Source of the DNA: an uncultured bacterium
GTDB lineage: Bacteria; Desulfobacterota; Binatia; HRBIN30; CADEER01
Length of the DNA stretch: 64,000 bases
Assembly: GCA_963757755.1 (NCBI GenBank)
Contig: CAVWTK010000007.1
Span: 66,188 to 130,187 of the forward strand
Direction of reading: 5' to 3'
In this document: positions 29,690 through 38,140 of the stretch, in pieces
How positions within the stretch are numbered: position 1 is the first letter of the stretch
How the letters are laid out: each line of letters begins with the position of its first letter
Made by a program: the position numbers and the translations under genes
The notes under the pieces: generated by a model
Database searches by the model: none
What the model was told of the DNA's origin: nothing
The model's input: only the letters and a program-made list of their open reading frames with translations

Positions 29690-30450
29690 CGACCGCCAAG
29701 GACGCCAAGACCTCGCCAAGGATCTCGCATAGTTCCTTGGCGAGACCTTGGCGCGCTTGGCGGTTGGCGCGCGGCGCTCAAATCGCCCGACCCGACGTCT
29801 TCCAGTACGGATCGCGCAGCAAGCGCTTGTAGAGCTTCCCGGTCGGGTGGCGCGGCAGGTGGTCCTCGAAGTCGATCGAGCGCCAAGGACGCCACGATCT
29901 CGCCAAGAAGCTATGCGAGATCCTTGGCGAGACCTTGGCGCGCTTGGCGGTTGGCGCGCGGCGCTCAAATCGCCCGACCCGACGTCTTCCAGTACGGATC
30001 GCGCAGCAAGCGCTTGTAGAGCTTCCCGAGTCGGGTGGCGCGGCAGGTGGTCCTCGAAGTCGATCGAGCGCCAAGGACGCCACGATCTCGCCAAGGAGCT
30101 ATGCGAGATCCTATGCGAGATCCTTGGCGCGCTTGGCGGTTGGCGCTCGGCGCTCAAATCGCCCGACCCGACTTCTTCCAGTACGGATCGCGCAGCAAGC
30201 GCTTGTAGAGCTTCCCGAGTCGGGTGGCGCGGCAGGTGGTCCTCGAAGTCGATCGAGCGCCAAGGACGCCACGATCTCGCCAAGGAGCCATGCGAGATCC
30301 TTGGCGAGACCGTGGCGCGCTTGGCGGTTGGCGCGCGGAGCTCAAATCGCCCGACCCGACTTCTTCCAGTACGGATCGCGCAGCAAGCGCTTGTAGAGCT
30401 TCCCGGTCGGGTGGCGCGGCAGGTGGTCCTCGAAGTCGATCGAGCGCGGC
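29690..30450. repeat. Four tandem ~188-bp units, each the last ~105 bp of the acyl-CoA synthetase gene plus a CGCCAAG-type REP palindrome
   Basis: The landmark gctcaaatcgcccgac recurs with spacings of 187, 189 and 188 nt. Only the last copy continues into the intact gene. Copies differ by 1-nt indels (cccggtcggg vs cccgagtcggg; ccgacgtcttcc vs ccgacttcttcc). Confidence 0.9.
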
Positions 30451-31904
30451 GCCTTGTAGCCGGCGAGCATCGTGCGGCAGTGCGCGATCAGCTCCTGCGC
30501 CAGCGCGTCGGACGGCGTCACGTCTGGCACCAGCTCGACCGCGGCCTTCACTTCCTCGCCCATCTCGTCGTTGGGGATGCCGAACACCGCGGCATCGGCC
30601 ACCGATGGGTGCGCGACCAGGGTGCTCTCGATCTCCGCCGGGTAGATGTTGACGCCGCCGGAGATGATCATGTCGATCTTGCGATCGGAGAGGAACAGGT
30701 AGCCGTCGGCGTCGAAGTAGCCGACGTCGCCGAGCGTGCCGAAGCCGTCCTCCCGGTGCGCGGCGGCGGTCTTCGCCTCGTCACGATGGTACCGGAAGTC
30801 GGCACCCATGCGGCTGCGGAACCAGATCTGTCCGCTCTTGCCGGCCGGCATCGGGGTGCCGTCGTCGTCGAGCACCACCACCTCGACCGTCTCGAGCGGG
30901 CGTCCGATGCTGCCCGGCTTGTCCAGCCACTCCCGGCCGCGGATCAGCGTGAGGAAGCCGCCCTCCGTGCCGCCGTAGTATTCCGTCAGCACTGGCCCCC
31001 ACCACTCGAGCATCTGCCGCTTGATCCCCGGCGGGCACGGCGCCGCGCCGTGATGGACCTCGCGCAGTGAGGCGCCGCTGAAGCGGCGGCGGACGTCCTC
31101 GGGCAGGCGCAGCAGGCGGATCATCTGGGTCGGCACCAGATGCAGGTTCGTGACCCGATGGCGGTCGATCAGCGCCAGCGTCTCCTCCTCATCGAAGCGG
31201 TGGCGCATGACGACGGTGCTGGCGGCACCGAGCAGCGGGAAGAGGCTGTAGGCCCATTGCGCCGAATGGTAGGCGGGACCACAGAGCAGCGACACGCCGT
31301 CCTGCGGCAGGCCGAAGCGCTCGCACAACAGCCGGCCGATCATGCCGATGGGCGCGGTCGGACCGCCGAGCGGAATGAGGCTGGAGCGCACGCCCTTCGG
31401 AAAGCCGGTGGTGCCCGAGGTGTAGAACATCGGGCCGCCGGCGGCCTGGCCGGCCGGCTCGGCGGGGTCGCCCGACGCCAGGACATCCTCATACCGCTCG
31501 TGGCCCGCCTCGTCGCCGCCGATGATGATGCCCAGGCGGCATCCGGCGGCGCGCGGATCGGCGCGCGCCGTCCGCGCAACGTCGGTGAAGCGCTCGTCGA
31601 TCACCAGCAGCGCGGCTCCCGAATTCTCGAGCACGTAGGCGAGCTCGTTGGCCACCCAGTGCCAGTTCACCGGCACGACGATCCAACCGCCGTGCAGCGC
31701 GGCGAGCAGCACCTCGAACCACTCGCGCCGATTGCCGGCCATCAGCGCGATGGTATCGCCGGGTTGGAGCCCGCGGGCGCGCAGCGCCGATACCAATCGG
31801 TTGACGCGCGCATCGAGCTCGGCCCACGTGGTGCCGCCGCGCTCGTCGATCAGGGCGGGATCGGTGCCCTTGCGGGCGGCGATGTCGTTGAGCAGTTCGG
31901 CCAT
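30342..31904 (-). CDS. AMP-dependent acyl-CoA synthetase/ligase (FadD-like), 520 aa
   Basis: AMP-binding motif YTSGTTGFPKGV, TEYYGGTEGG, GDVGYFDADGYLFLSDRKIDMIISGGVNIYPAEIE, and C-terminal GKLYKRLLRD. Confidence 0.9.
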   Translation of the reverse strand: MAELLNDIAARKGTDPALIDERGGTTWAELDARVNRLVSALRARGLQPGDTIALMAGNRREWFEVLLAALHGGWIVVPVNWHWVANELAYVLENSGAALLVIDERFTDVARTARADPRAAGCRLGIIIGGDEAGHERYEDVLASGDPAEPAGQAAGGPMFYTSGTTGFPKGVRSSLIPLGGPTAPIGMIGRLLCERFGLPQDGVSLLCGPAYHSAQWAYSLFPLLGAASTVVMRHRFDEEETLALIDRHRVTNLHLVPTQMIRLLRLPEDVRRRFSGASLREVHHGAAPCPPGIKRQMLEWWGPVLTEYYGGTEGGFLTLIRGREWLDKPGSIGRPLETVEVVVLDDDGTPMPAGKSGQIWFRSRMGADFRYHRDEAKTAAAHREDGFGTLGDVGYFDADGYLFLSDRKIDMIISGGVNIYPAEIESTLVAHPSVADAAVFGIPNDEMGEEVKAAVELVPDVTPSDALAQELIAHCRTMLAGYKAPRSIDFEDHLPRHPTGKLYKRLLRDPYWKKSGRAI

Positions 31905-32066
31905 GCGCGTTTCTCATCCGGGAGCCGGCGCTTGGCAATGGGTGCCGCGAACGTTCCTCCTCGCCACCGTTGCATGGTCCGCGGCCTGGGCTCCAGGCGG
32001 CGCACGGGGGCGTGCGAGTGTGCTATTGCGCCCTCCCGATTGCCGAATGCGGCAGGGCGGAGCGGC

Positions 32067-33743
32067 GTGGCCAGAGCTGAAGACTCGCGTAGCACCAGGA
32101 TAGCCCTCGCGGGGATCGCGCTGATCGTCGCGGCGCCGATGCTGCACATGGCCGTCCACGACCGGATCGACTACGACGGGTGGTGGCACGTCTTCATCGC
32201 CCGCGAATCTCCGTGGGCGCGGCTCTGGAGGGACGTGGATCACAACGCGCATCCTCCGGTCTTCTATCTGCTGCTACGCGCCGCGGCCTGGTTCGGTTCG
32301 GGGCGGCTCGTCTACCGATCGCTCTCGATCGCGGCGGCGATCGTGGCCACCTATGTCGTCGGTCGGATCGCGGCGCGCGTCTTCCGCACGCCTGCCGTAT
32401 CACTCCTCTGCGCACTGGCGTTCGGCCTCGCCGTGCCCACCGTCGTCATGGCGTGCGCGGTCCGCAGCTACATGCTGAGTCTCGCGCTCGTGCTGATCGC
32501 GTTCCGGCCGTATCTCGACCTCGTCGCCCCGACACCTGCGCGCATCGAGGCGACCACACGGGTCGTGTTCGTGCTCGCCATCATCGGCGCCGTCGTCACG
32601 AGCTACTCGGCGATCTTCTTCGTCTGTGCGGCCGGCGCCCTGCCCTGCCTCTACGCCGCCGTCGATCGCCGATACCGCGCGTGGTTGATCGCGCGGCTGC
32701 GGACCCAGTGGCCGCAGGAGATCGCCTGCATCGTTCCCATCGTCGCCGTGACCGTCGCGGCGTACGCCGTCCACATGTCCCGATTCGCCGCGCCGATGAG
32801 CCATACCGCGGCGTTCTACCCCGACCAGCTGGGATCGGCCGCGGGATGGGTGCGCGGCTCCGCGTCGTTTCTCGCGCGCACCGTCGTCGCCGAGATCGAC
32901 CTTTTCTCCCCGCTGCCGATCGGGCGCCTTCCCGGCGCGGTCCGCGCCATGGTCGTCCTTCTCTGCGCTGCCGTGGCCGGGGGACTCGCGCTGACCCTGC
33001 GACGACGATCCGACTGGGCGATCGCATCGGCGCCGCTCGCCACGCTCGTGATCATGGCGACCGCGATCGCGGGAGCCTCGCTGCTCGGCCGCTACCCGTT
33101 CGGCGGATTCCTTCGCCAGCAGTTTGTTCTCTTTCCGTTCGCCGTGCTGTCCGCCTTCGCCCTCGTCGACGAGATTGCGACGCGCGTTCACTCTCAGCGA
33201 CTCATGGTCGCGGTGTCGGTCGCCGTGATGCTCAATGCCATCCTCCAGTGGCGCCAGCTGCGCCTGGTCTCCGCCGAGACCGGAACCCAGGAGGTGACGC
33301 AGTTCAATCGCTTCTTCGGTGACGCCCGTGCCGTGTACGTCGATCAGTTCAGCCTGATCCCGTTCTTCGCCGCCCATCAGCGCGACGAGTGGCCGGCGCA
33401 GACCGCCGTGGGACAGCGGTTCTTCGCCCTTCCGGTCATCGCACCGCAGGGGACCTTCCCGGTGTTGCGCGACATGACACGGTGGAGCAGCGACCTCACC
33501 GATCCCGGCCTGCATCGCGACGTGCGCGAGGTCTTGGAGCTGACCCATCTGCCGTCGATCGATGTGTTCTGGCTCCGCCAGGACGCGTACCTCCTGCCGA
33601 CCCCGCCTCGCCTGGAGCGGGTGCAACAAGCGGAGTCGATGGTCCAGGCGGCCGAGAGCGAGCACCTCCGTGTCGAACGCCTGGTCCTCGACGGATTCAA
33701 CGTGTACGCGCGATTGCGGCGTAACGACGACGCGCCGCCCTAG
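32067..33743 (+). CDS. Polytopic GT-C-fold (family 39 / ArnT-PMT-like) membrane glycosyltransferase-like protein, ~558 aa
   Basis: In-frame GTG 32067 within ORF 31140..33743. At least 10 hydrophobic segments. The first loop HDRIDYDGWWHVFIA plus PPVFYLLL resembles GT-C N-terminal motifs. The start and the family are both tentative. Confidence 0.5.
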   Translation: MARAEDSRSTRIALAGIALIVAAPMLHMAVHDRIDYDGWWHVFIARESPWARLWRDVDHNAHPPVFYLLLRAAAWFGSGRLVYRSLSIAAAIVATYVVGRIAARVFRTPAVSLLCALAFGLAVPTVVMACAVRSYMLSLALVLIAFRPYLDLVAPTPARIEATTRVVFVLAIIGAVVTSYSAIFFVCAAGALPCLYAAVDRRYRAWLIARLRTQWPQEIACIVPIVAVTVAAYAVHMSRFAAPMSHTAAFYPDQLGSAAGWVRGSASFLARTVVAEIDLFSPLPIGRLPGAVRAMVVLLCAAVAGGLALTLRRRSDWAIASAPLATLVIMATAIAGASLLGRYPFGGFLRQQFVLFPFAVLSAFALVDEIATRVHSQRLMVAVSVAVMLNAILQWRQLRLVSAETGTQEVTQFNRFFGDARAVYVDQFSLIPFFAAHQRDEWPAQTAVGQRFFALPVIAPQGTFPVLRDMTRWSSDLTDPGLHRDVREVLELTHLPSIDVFWLRQDAYLLPTPPRLERVQQAESMVQAAESEHLRVERLVLDGFNVYARLRRNDDAPP

Positions 33744-33846
33744 AGAAACTCTGCGCGGCGTCGTCACGCAGTGCGGCAACGTCACTGCAGTGCTCCAACG
33801 CGGCGCCGCGATCGTCGCGGAGCGTACGCGTCGGCGCCAGCGGGGC

Positions 33847-36198
33847 CTACGTGCCGACCGGTCGGTCGCCGATGATGCCCGCCCCTGCCAGCCCGGCAAT
33901 CTGCTGGTCGTCGAGCCCGAGCACTTCGCGGAGAACGGCGGCGGAATCCTGGCCCAGGGTCGGCGCCGGTCGTGAGAACCATGGGCCGGGCCGCGAGGAG
34001 AATCGCATCGGCAGTCCGGGAAGCTCGTGCGTACCGGCCACGTCGTGAGCGACTGGCTCGAAGAAGGCGCGCGCCGCCAGTTGTGCGTGGCCGTCGACGT
34101 AGCGGCCGGGGATGACCGGCGCCGCCGGGATTCCAGCGTGAAGGAGTCGGGGAACGACGCGATCCAGATTCTGTCCCGCGGCCCAGGTCGCCAGCGCCGT
34201 GTCGATCCGATCGTGCGCCACGCGTCGGCCCGCCGCCGTTGCGAGATCCGTCGCCGCGACCCATTCGGGCCGGCCGAGCACCTCTCCGAGGGCCACCCAT
34301 TGCGTGTCGTCGGTGACGGCGAGGGCCAGCCACCGATCGTCGCCTCGACACCGGTAGAGTCCCTGCGGCGCCGCGAGCGGACCCCGGTTGCCCTCGCGAG
34401 CGGCGCTGCGGCCGAAGGTCTGCCACTCGAGCACCTGATCGGCCGTCACGTTCAGGGCGGCCTCGACCATCGTCGACTCGACGAGCTGCCCGCGACCGGT
34501 CTGGCGGCGCTGCTCCAGTGCCACCAACAGCGCGACGCAGGCGTGCAAGCCGGCCAACGGATCGCACGGTCCGCGCGGGATCACCGGTGGCCCGTCCGCG
34601 AATCCGGTCACCCACGCCATGCCGGAGACCTGCTCCATCGTCTGCGCGAAGCCCGTCCGGTCGCGCCATGGACCATCCAGCCCGAAGGCCGGCATGCGGA
34701 TCATCACCAGGCCCGGATGCTCCCGCGCGAGCTCGTCGTAGCGCAAGCCGAGGTTGTCGAGCACCCGCGGCGAGAAATTCTCGACCACCACGTCCACCGC
34801 GGCGATCAGGCGGGTCGCGAGCGCGATCCCCTCCGGACGCGAGAGGTCGAGGGTGATGCCCCGCTTGTTGGCGTTGATGCCGTGAAAGAACGCCGACCAC
34901 TCCCACCACTGGTCGGCGGTCGGCTGTTGGGTGCTCGCGATGCGCATCCCGTCGGGACGCTGGATGGATTCGAGCTTGATGACCTCGGCGCCCATCGCGG
35001 CAAGGAAGTGGCCGACGAACGGTCCGGCCCAAAAGACGGTCATGTCGAGCACGCGCAGGCCGGCGAACGGGAGGGTGCCGATGGGATCGGACGCCGCCGC
35101 GTCGGGCCGTGCGGGCGCCGGAACCGGCGGCACGGCGAAGTCGAGACGATAGGGCGGCCGCGGTTCCCGCACCGCCGGCTCGCCAGCGAATGGTTGGTAC
35201 ACCCCGCGTGCACGGAAGTGGTCGAACGTGGCGACGGTCGCGCCGTTGCCGATGGGTGCCACCGGGATGCGCAACTGACTGGCGCGCTCGATGATCTCGG
35301 CGGTGGTGTGCGCGCGGGTCCACGCGTGGATGAACTCGTAGACCTCGTGGCGGCGGTCGTTGCGCGTGAACGGGTTCGCCAGGCTCTCGTCGCCGATACG
35401 ATCGCTCTGCCCGATCAGGACGAGGAAGTCGCACCACTGCTGGTAGGTGATGGTGCAGAGGCCGACGAACCCGTCAGCCGTCGGGACGATCGATGGGATT
35501 TCGACCGTGCGCGCCGGCGCGAGCGCGCCGCCGCTCAAACTGTGCGCCACGGTCGTGAACGGGGCCATGCAGAGGTGCATCGCCTCGAGCAGTGACAGGT
35601 CGACGTGCGAGGCCTCGCCCGTGCGCCGCTGCTGCGCGATCGCCGTCAGGGCGCCGAGCGCCGCGTAGCCCCCACCCAGCCACTCGCCGATGCGGCCGCC
35701 GGCGGCCAGGGGCGATCGTTCGACCTCGCCACGCGACGCGGTGGACCCGCACCAGGCCTGGAGCGTGAACTCGGTCGCGGGGTGCGCGGCCCACGGACCG
35801 TCGGTACCGAACGGCGAGATCGACACCAGCGAGGTGCGCGGCGCGGCAGCCTGCACGGTCGCCCAGTCGAACGGCGCGCCCGGCCCGCGGCTCTGCACGA
35901 CCACGTCGCTCGCCGCGAGCAACGCGAGGAGCTGCGCCCGGCCGTCCGGGGCCGTCGCGTCGAGTGCGCGGATCTGCTTGCGGTGATTCAGGAAGCGGAA
36001 GAGCGGTGCGGTGGACGCGGCGGCGATGGTCGCGCCGCAGGCGACGTACCGCCGCAGCGGATCGCCGCCGCTCGGCTCGACCTTGATCACCGCCGCGCCG
36101 GCGTCGGCGAGCAGCTTGCCGGCGTACGGGCCCGCAATCTCGGTGGCGAGCTCGAGGACGCGGATGCGCCCCAGGACGTCGACGCCGCGGGTCGCCAT
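33847..36198 (-). CDS. Tandem-domain family III CoA-transferase (two CaiB/BaiF-type repeats in one chain), 783 aa
   Basis: ATG 36198 lies inside ORF 33847..37761. Repeat 1 is RIRVLELATEIAGPYAGKLLADAGAAVIKVEP. Repeat 2 is LRVLDMTVFWAGPFVGHFLAAMGAEVIKLES...NKRGITLDL...VVENFSPRVLDNLGL. Confidence 0.85.
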   Translation of the reverse strand: MATRGVDVLGRIRVLELATEIAGPYAGKLLADAGAAVIKVEPSGGDPLRRYVACGATIAAASTAPLFRFLNHRKQIRALDATAPDGRAQLLALLAASDVVVQSRGPGAPFDWATVQAAAPRTSLVSISPFGTDGPWAAHPATEFTLQAWCGSTASRGEVERSPLAAGGRIGEWLGGGYAALGALTAIAQQRRTGEASHVDLSLLEAMHLCMAPFTTVAHSLSGGALAPARTVEIPSIVPTADGFVGLCTITYQQWCDFLVLIGQSDRIGDESLANPFTRNDRRHEVYEFIHAWTRAHTTAEIIERASQLRIPVAPIGNGATVATFDHFRARGVYQPFAGEPAVREPRPPYRLDFAVPPVPAPARPDAAASDPIGTLPFAGLRVLDMTVFWAGPFVGHFLAAMGAEVIKLESIQRPDGMRIASTQQPTADQWWEWSAFFHGINANKRGITLDLSRPEGIALATRLIAAVDVVVENFSPRVLDNLGLRYDELAREHPGLVMIRMPAFGLDGPWRDRTGFAQTMEQVSGMAWVTGFADGPPVIPRGPCDPLAGLHACVALLVALEQRRQTGRGQLVESTMVEAALNVTADQVLEWQTFGRSAAREGNRGPLAAPQGLYRCRGDDRWLALAVTDDTQWVALGEVLGRPEWVAATDLATAAGRRVAHDRIDTALATWAAGQNLDRVVPRLLHAGIPAAPVIPGRYVDGHAQLAARAFFEPVAHDVAGTHELPGLPMRFSSRPGPWFSRPAPTLGQDSAAVLREVLGLDDQQIAGLAGAGIIGDRPVGT

Positions 36199-37904
36199 CA
36201 GGGGCGCGCGGCCGCGCGCCCGCGCAGGAGCGACGCGGCGTGCTCCCCCACCGGCCAGGGCTGGAGCGCGCGCATCGGCGCGATCGCGGTCTCGCCCTCG
36301 TCCAGTACCCCGGTCGCGGCGTCGACGACCGTCCAACGCATGGTGGGGCCGAAGAGCGGCTGCGCCTCGACCATCACCACGCGCAGCTCGCCGGGTTCGA
36401 ACCCGCACTGCTCCTGCACGGCGCGCAGGAGCTGCAGGCCGTTCAGGTGTCCGTCGCCGAAGTTCCAGCCCAGCACCATGCCGCCGACGATCTCCCCGTC
36501 CATCCACTCGTAGGCGTCGATGTCGTCCACGGCGCGCGGGAGCGCTTCGAGCAGTGGGCGCCCTTCGAGGTGCATGAAGCGGTGGGAGAGCGACAGCGCG
36601 AGCGCCATCTCCACCGCCGTCGCGTCGGGGAGCAGCTTCTCCAGCTGGTCGCGCATGGTGCCCGCGGCCTTGGTGAGCTTCGAGAACTTCTCCGCGGCGC
36701 CCTTGCGGACGAGCCAGATGTTGTAGGCCCAATTGCCCGCGTAGTAGCGCATCGACAGCAGGAAGGAGACGCGCCCGGGGACGAAGTTGCCGTAGCACGG
36801 CACGACGAAGAGCCAGACGAACAGGAAGGCGACGAGCCACGGCATCTGGCCCACCGCGAGCGCACTCGCCTCGAGGTGGCCGCCGAACAAGAAGATGCCG
36901 CCGTAGATCATCAGGAGGTTCCACTCGATCGGCATGCCGCTCGGGTTGTTGAGCGCGATGAAGCCGTGGAAGCAGCACATCACGACGAGCATCACGCCCG
37001 TCAGCAGCGGGCTGTGGCTCGTGAGGAGCACGAGCGGGATCGAATACTCGGTGAGCGTCCCGACGCGCGCCATCCTGACGGCCATGCGCGACGGGCGCAG
37101 ATCGTCCGGATACGCGACGAAGAGCCGCTGCTTCAGCCACTTCGGGAAGAAGGGCCCGTTGTTCATCATCACCATGATGACGGACGGGAAGTGGTCGTTG
37201 ACCTTCGAGGTCGCCGCCCAGAACCAGATCGCCCCCCAGATCACCTTGCACGCCGAGATCCACAGGGCGTCGCCGCTGGCCACGACCAGGCAGACGAGCG
37301 CCACCCAGTAGTGCTCGGCGCGGGCGGCGAGGAAGAGCGTCTTGTCCGCGATCCCCAGCAGCGGAATCAGGACGGCACTCGGCAGCAGGAGCGCCGGCGT
37401 GATCTCGGGCGCGACGAGCGCGCGCAGCAGGAAGAGCTGGTTGGCGGCGTAGAGCGCCGCGTCGAGCCACGTGCGCCGCGTCCCGCCGACGACCGGCAGG
37501 CCGGGAAAGAGCGGCAACTTCGTGGTGCCGGGACGCAGGAAGTGCAGGAAGCCGCCGATCGGCGGCGAGAAGCGCGCGTTCATCGGCCCCGAGCCGCAGC
37601 CGAAGCCCGCCATCTCGTAGAAGATCGCCCACACGATCGCCTTCTGGAACGCGATCCCCGTGAACGCCCACCCGCCCGGCGACGTGAAGCCCGGATAGCC
37701 GGCGGAGAAGGAGACGAAGAAGGCCCAGCCGCCGATGAAGAGGAGGACGTACTTCGCCCAATACATCGCCATCACGATCGGCGGAGTGGGATGGACCTGC
37801 GATGCCCAGCTGCGACAGACGAGCCGCACGCGCTCCGGAAAGGGCGCGGCGAGCAGGCGTTGCGGGTCGTAGGGCGGCAGATCGAGGTCAGCAGTCGGCG
37901 GCAT
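36198..37904 (-). CDS. Polytopic membrane protein with a soluble C-terminal domain (DUF3556-like by length and topology), 568 aa
   Basis: Clean 568-aa ORF with ~10 hydrophobic segments, then a ~170-aa soluble tail. Its stop overlaps the CoA-transferase start in ATGA (36198-36200). Confidence 0.7.
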   Translation of the reverse strand: MPPTADLDLPPYDPQRLLAAPFPERVRLVCRSWASQVHPTPPIVMAMYWAKYVLLFIGGWAFFVSFSAGYPGFTSPGGWAFTGIAFQKAIVWAIFYEMAGFGCGSGPMNARFSPPIGGFLHFLRPGTTKLPLFPGLPVVGGTRRTWLDAALYAANQLFLLRALVAPEITPALLLPSAVLIPLLGIADKTLFLAARAEHYWVALVCLVVASGDALWISACKVIWGAIWFWAATSKVNDHFPSVIMVMMNNGPFFPKWLKQRLFVAYPDDLRPSRMAVRMARVGTLTEYSIPLVLLTSHSPLLTGVMLVVMCCFHGFIALNNPSGMPIEWNLLMIYGGIFLFGGHLEASALAVGQMPWLVAFLFVWLFVVPCYGNFVPGRVSFLLSMRYYAGNWAYNIWLVRKGAAEKFSKLTKAAGTMRDQLEKLLPDATAVEMALALSLSHRFMHLEGRPLLEALPRAVDDIDAYEWMDGEIVGGMVLGWNFGDGHLNGLQLLRAVQEQCGFEPGELRVVMVEAQPLFGPTMRWTVVDAATGVLDEGETAIAPMRALQPWPVGEHAASLLRGRAAARP

Positions 37905-37987
37905 GGGTGGTGGCTACCGTCCCGGCGAACGCTTGTCGACCGCACTGGGTGACTGCACCTACGGTGCGAGCCTTGATCCGATACCTA

Positions 37988-38111
37988 GCCGCCAAGGGCG
38001 CCAAGGGCGCCAAGAACGCCAAGTCGCAGATGGAGCTCTAACGCGTGGCGGCAGCTGCGAACCTCATCAGGGTCGCCCGACTTCGCGGTCTTGGCGTCCT
38101 TGGCGGCCAAG
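37988..38111. repeat. CGCCAAG-type REP-like palindrome
   Basis: Left arm gccgccaagggcgccaagggcgccaagaacgccaag, right arm cttggcgtccttggcggccaag, ~65-nt spacer. Located inside the minus-strand gene string. Confidence 0.8.
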
Positions 38112-38140
38112 TAGTTTCAGGCGACCGCCGATCTCCTTCG

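Noticed and set aside
29690-30450. Possible CRISPR array (regularly spaced repeats).
   Set aside because: The whole ~188-bp unit repeats, so there are no unique spacers. The unit contains coding sequence, and no cas genes are nearby.
29615-31070. ORFs 29615..30283 (minus), 29748..31070 (plus) and their siblings with repetitive LARSWRPWRS / MARLAVGARRSNRP peptides.
   Set aside because: They are translations of the 188-bp tandem array and REP palindromes, not genes.
31140-32066. N-terminal 309 residues of ORF 31140..33743.
   Set aside because: They are antisense to the acyl-CoA synthetase gene and low-complexity. The membrane protein more plausibly starts at GTG 32067.
36199-37761. N-terminal ~520 residues of the 1304-aa ORF 33847..37761, read as part of one giant CoA-transferase.
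   Set aside because: This stretch is an out-of-frame read-through over the DUF3556-like gene with biased composition. The CoA-transferase begins at ATG 36198, which overlaps the upstream stop.
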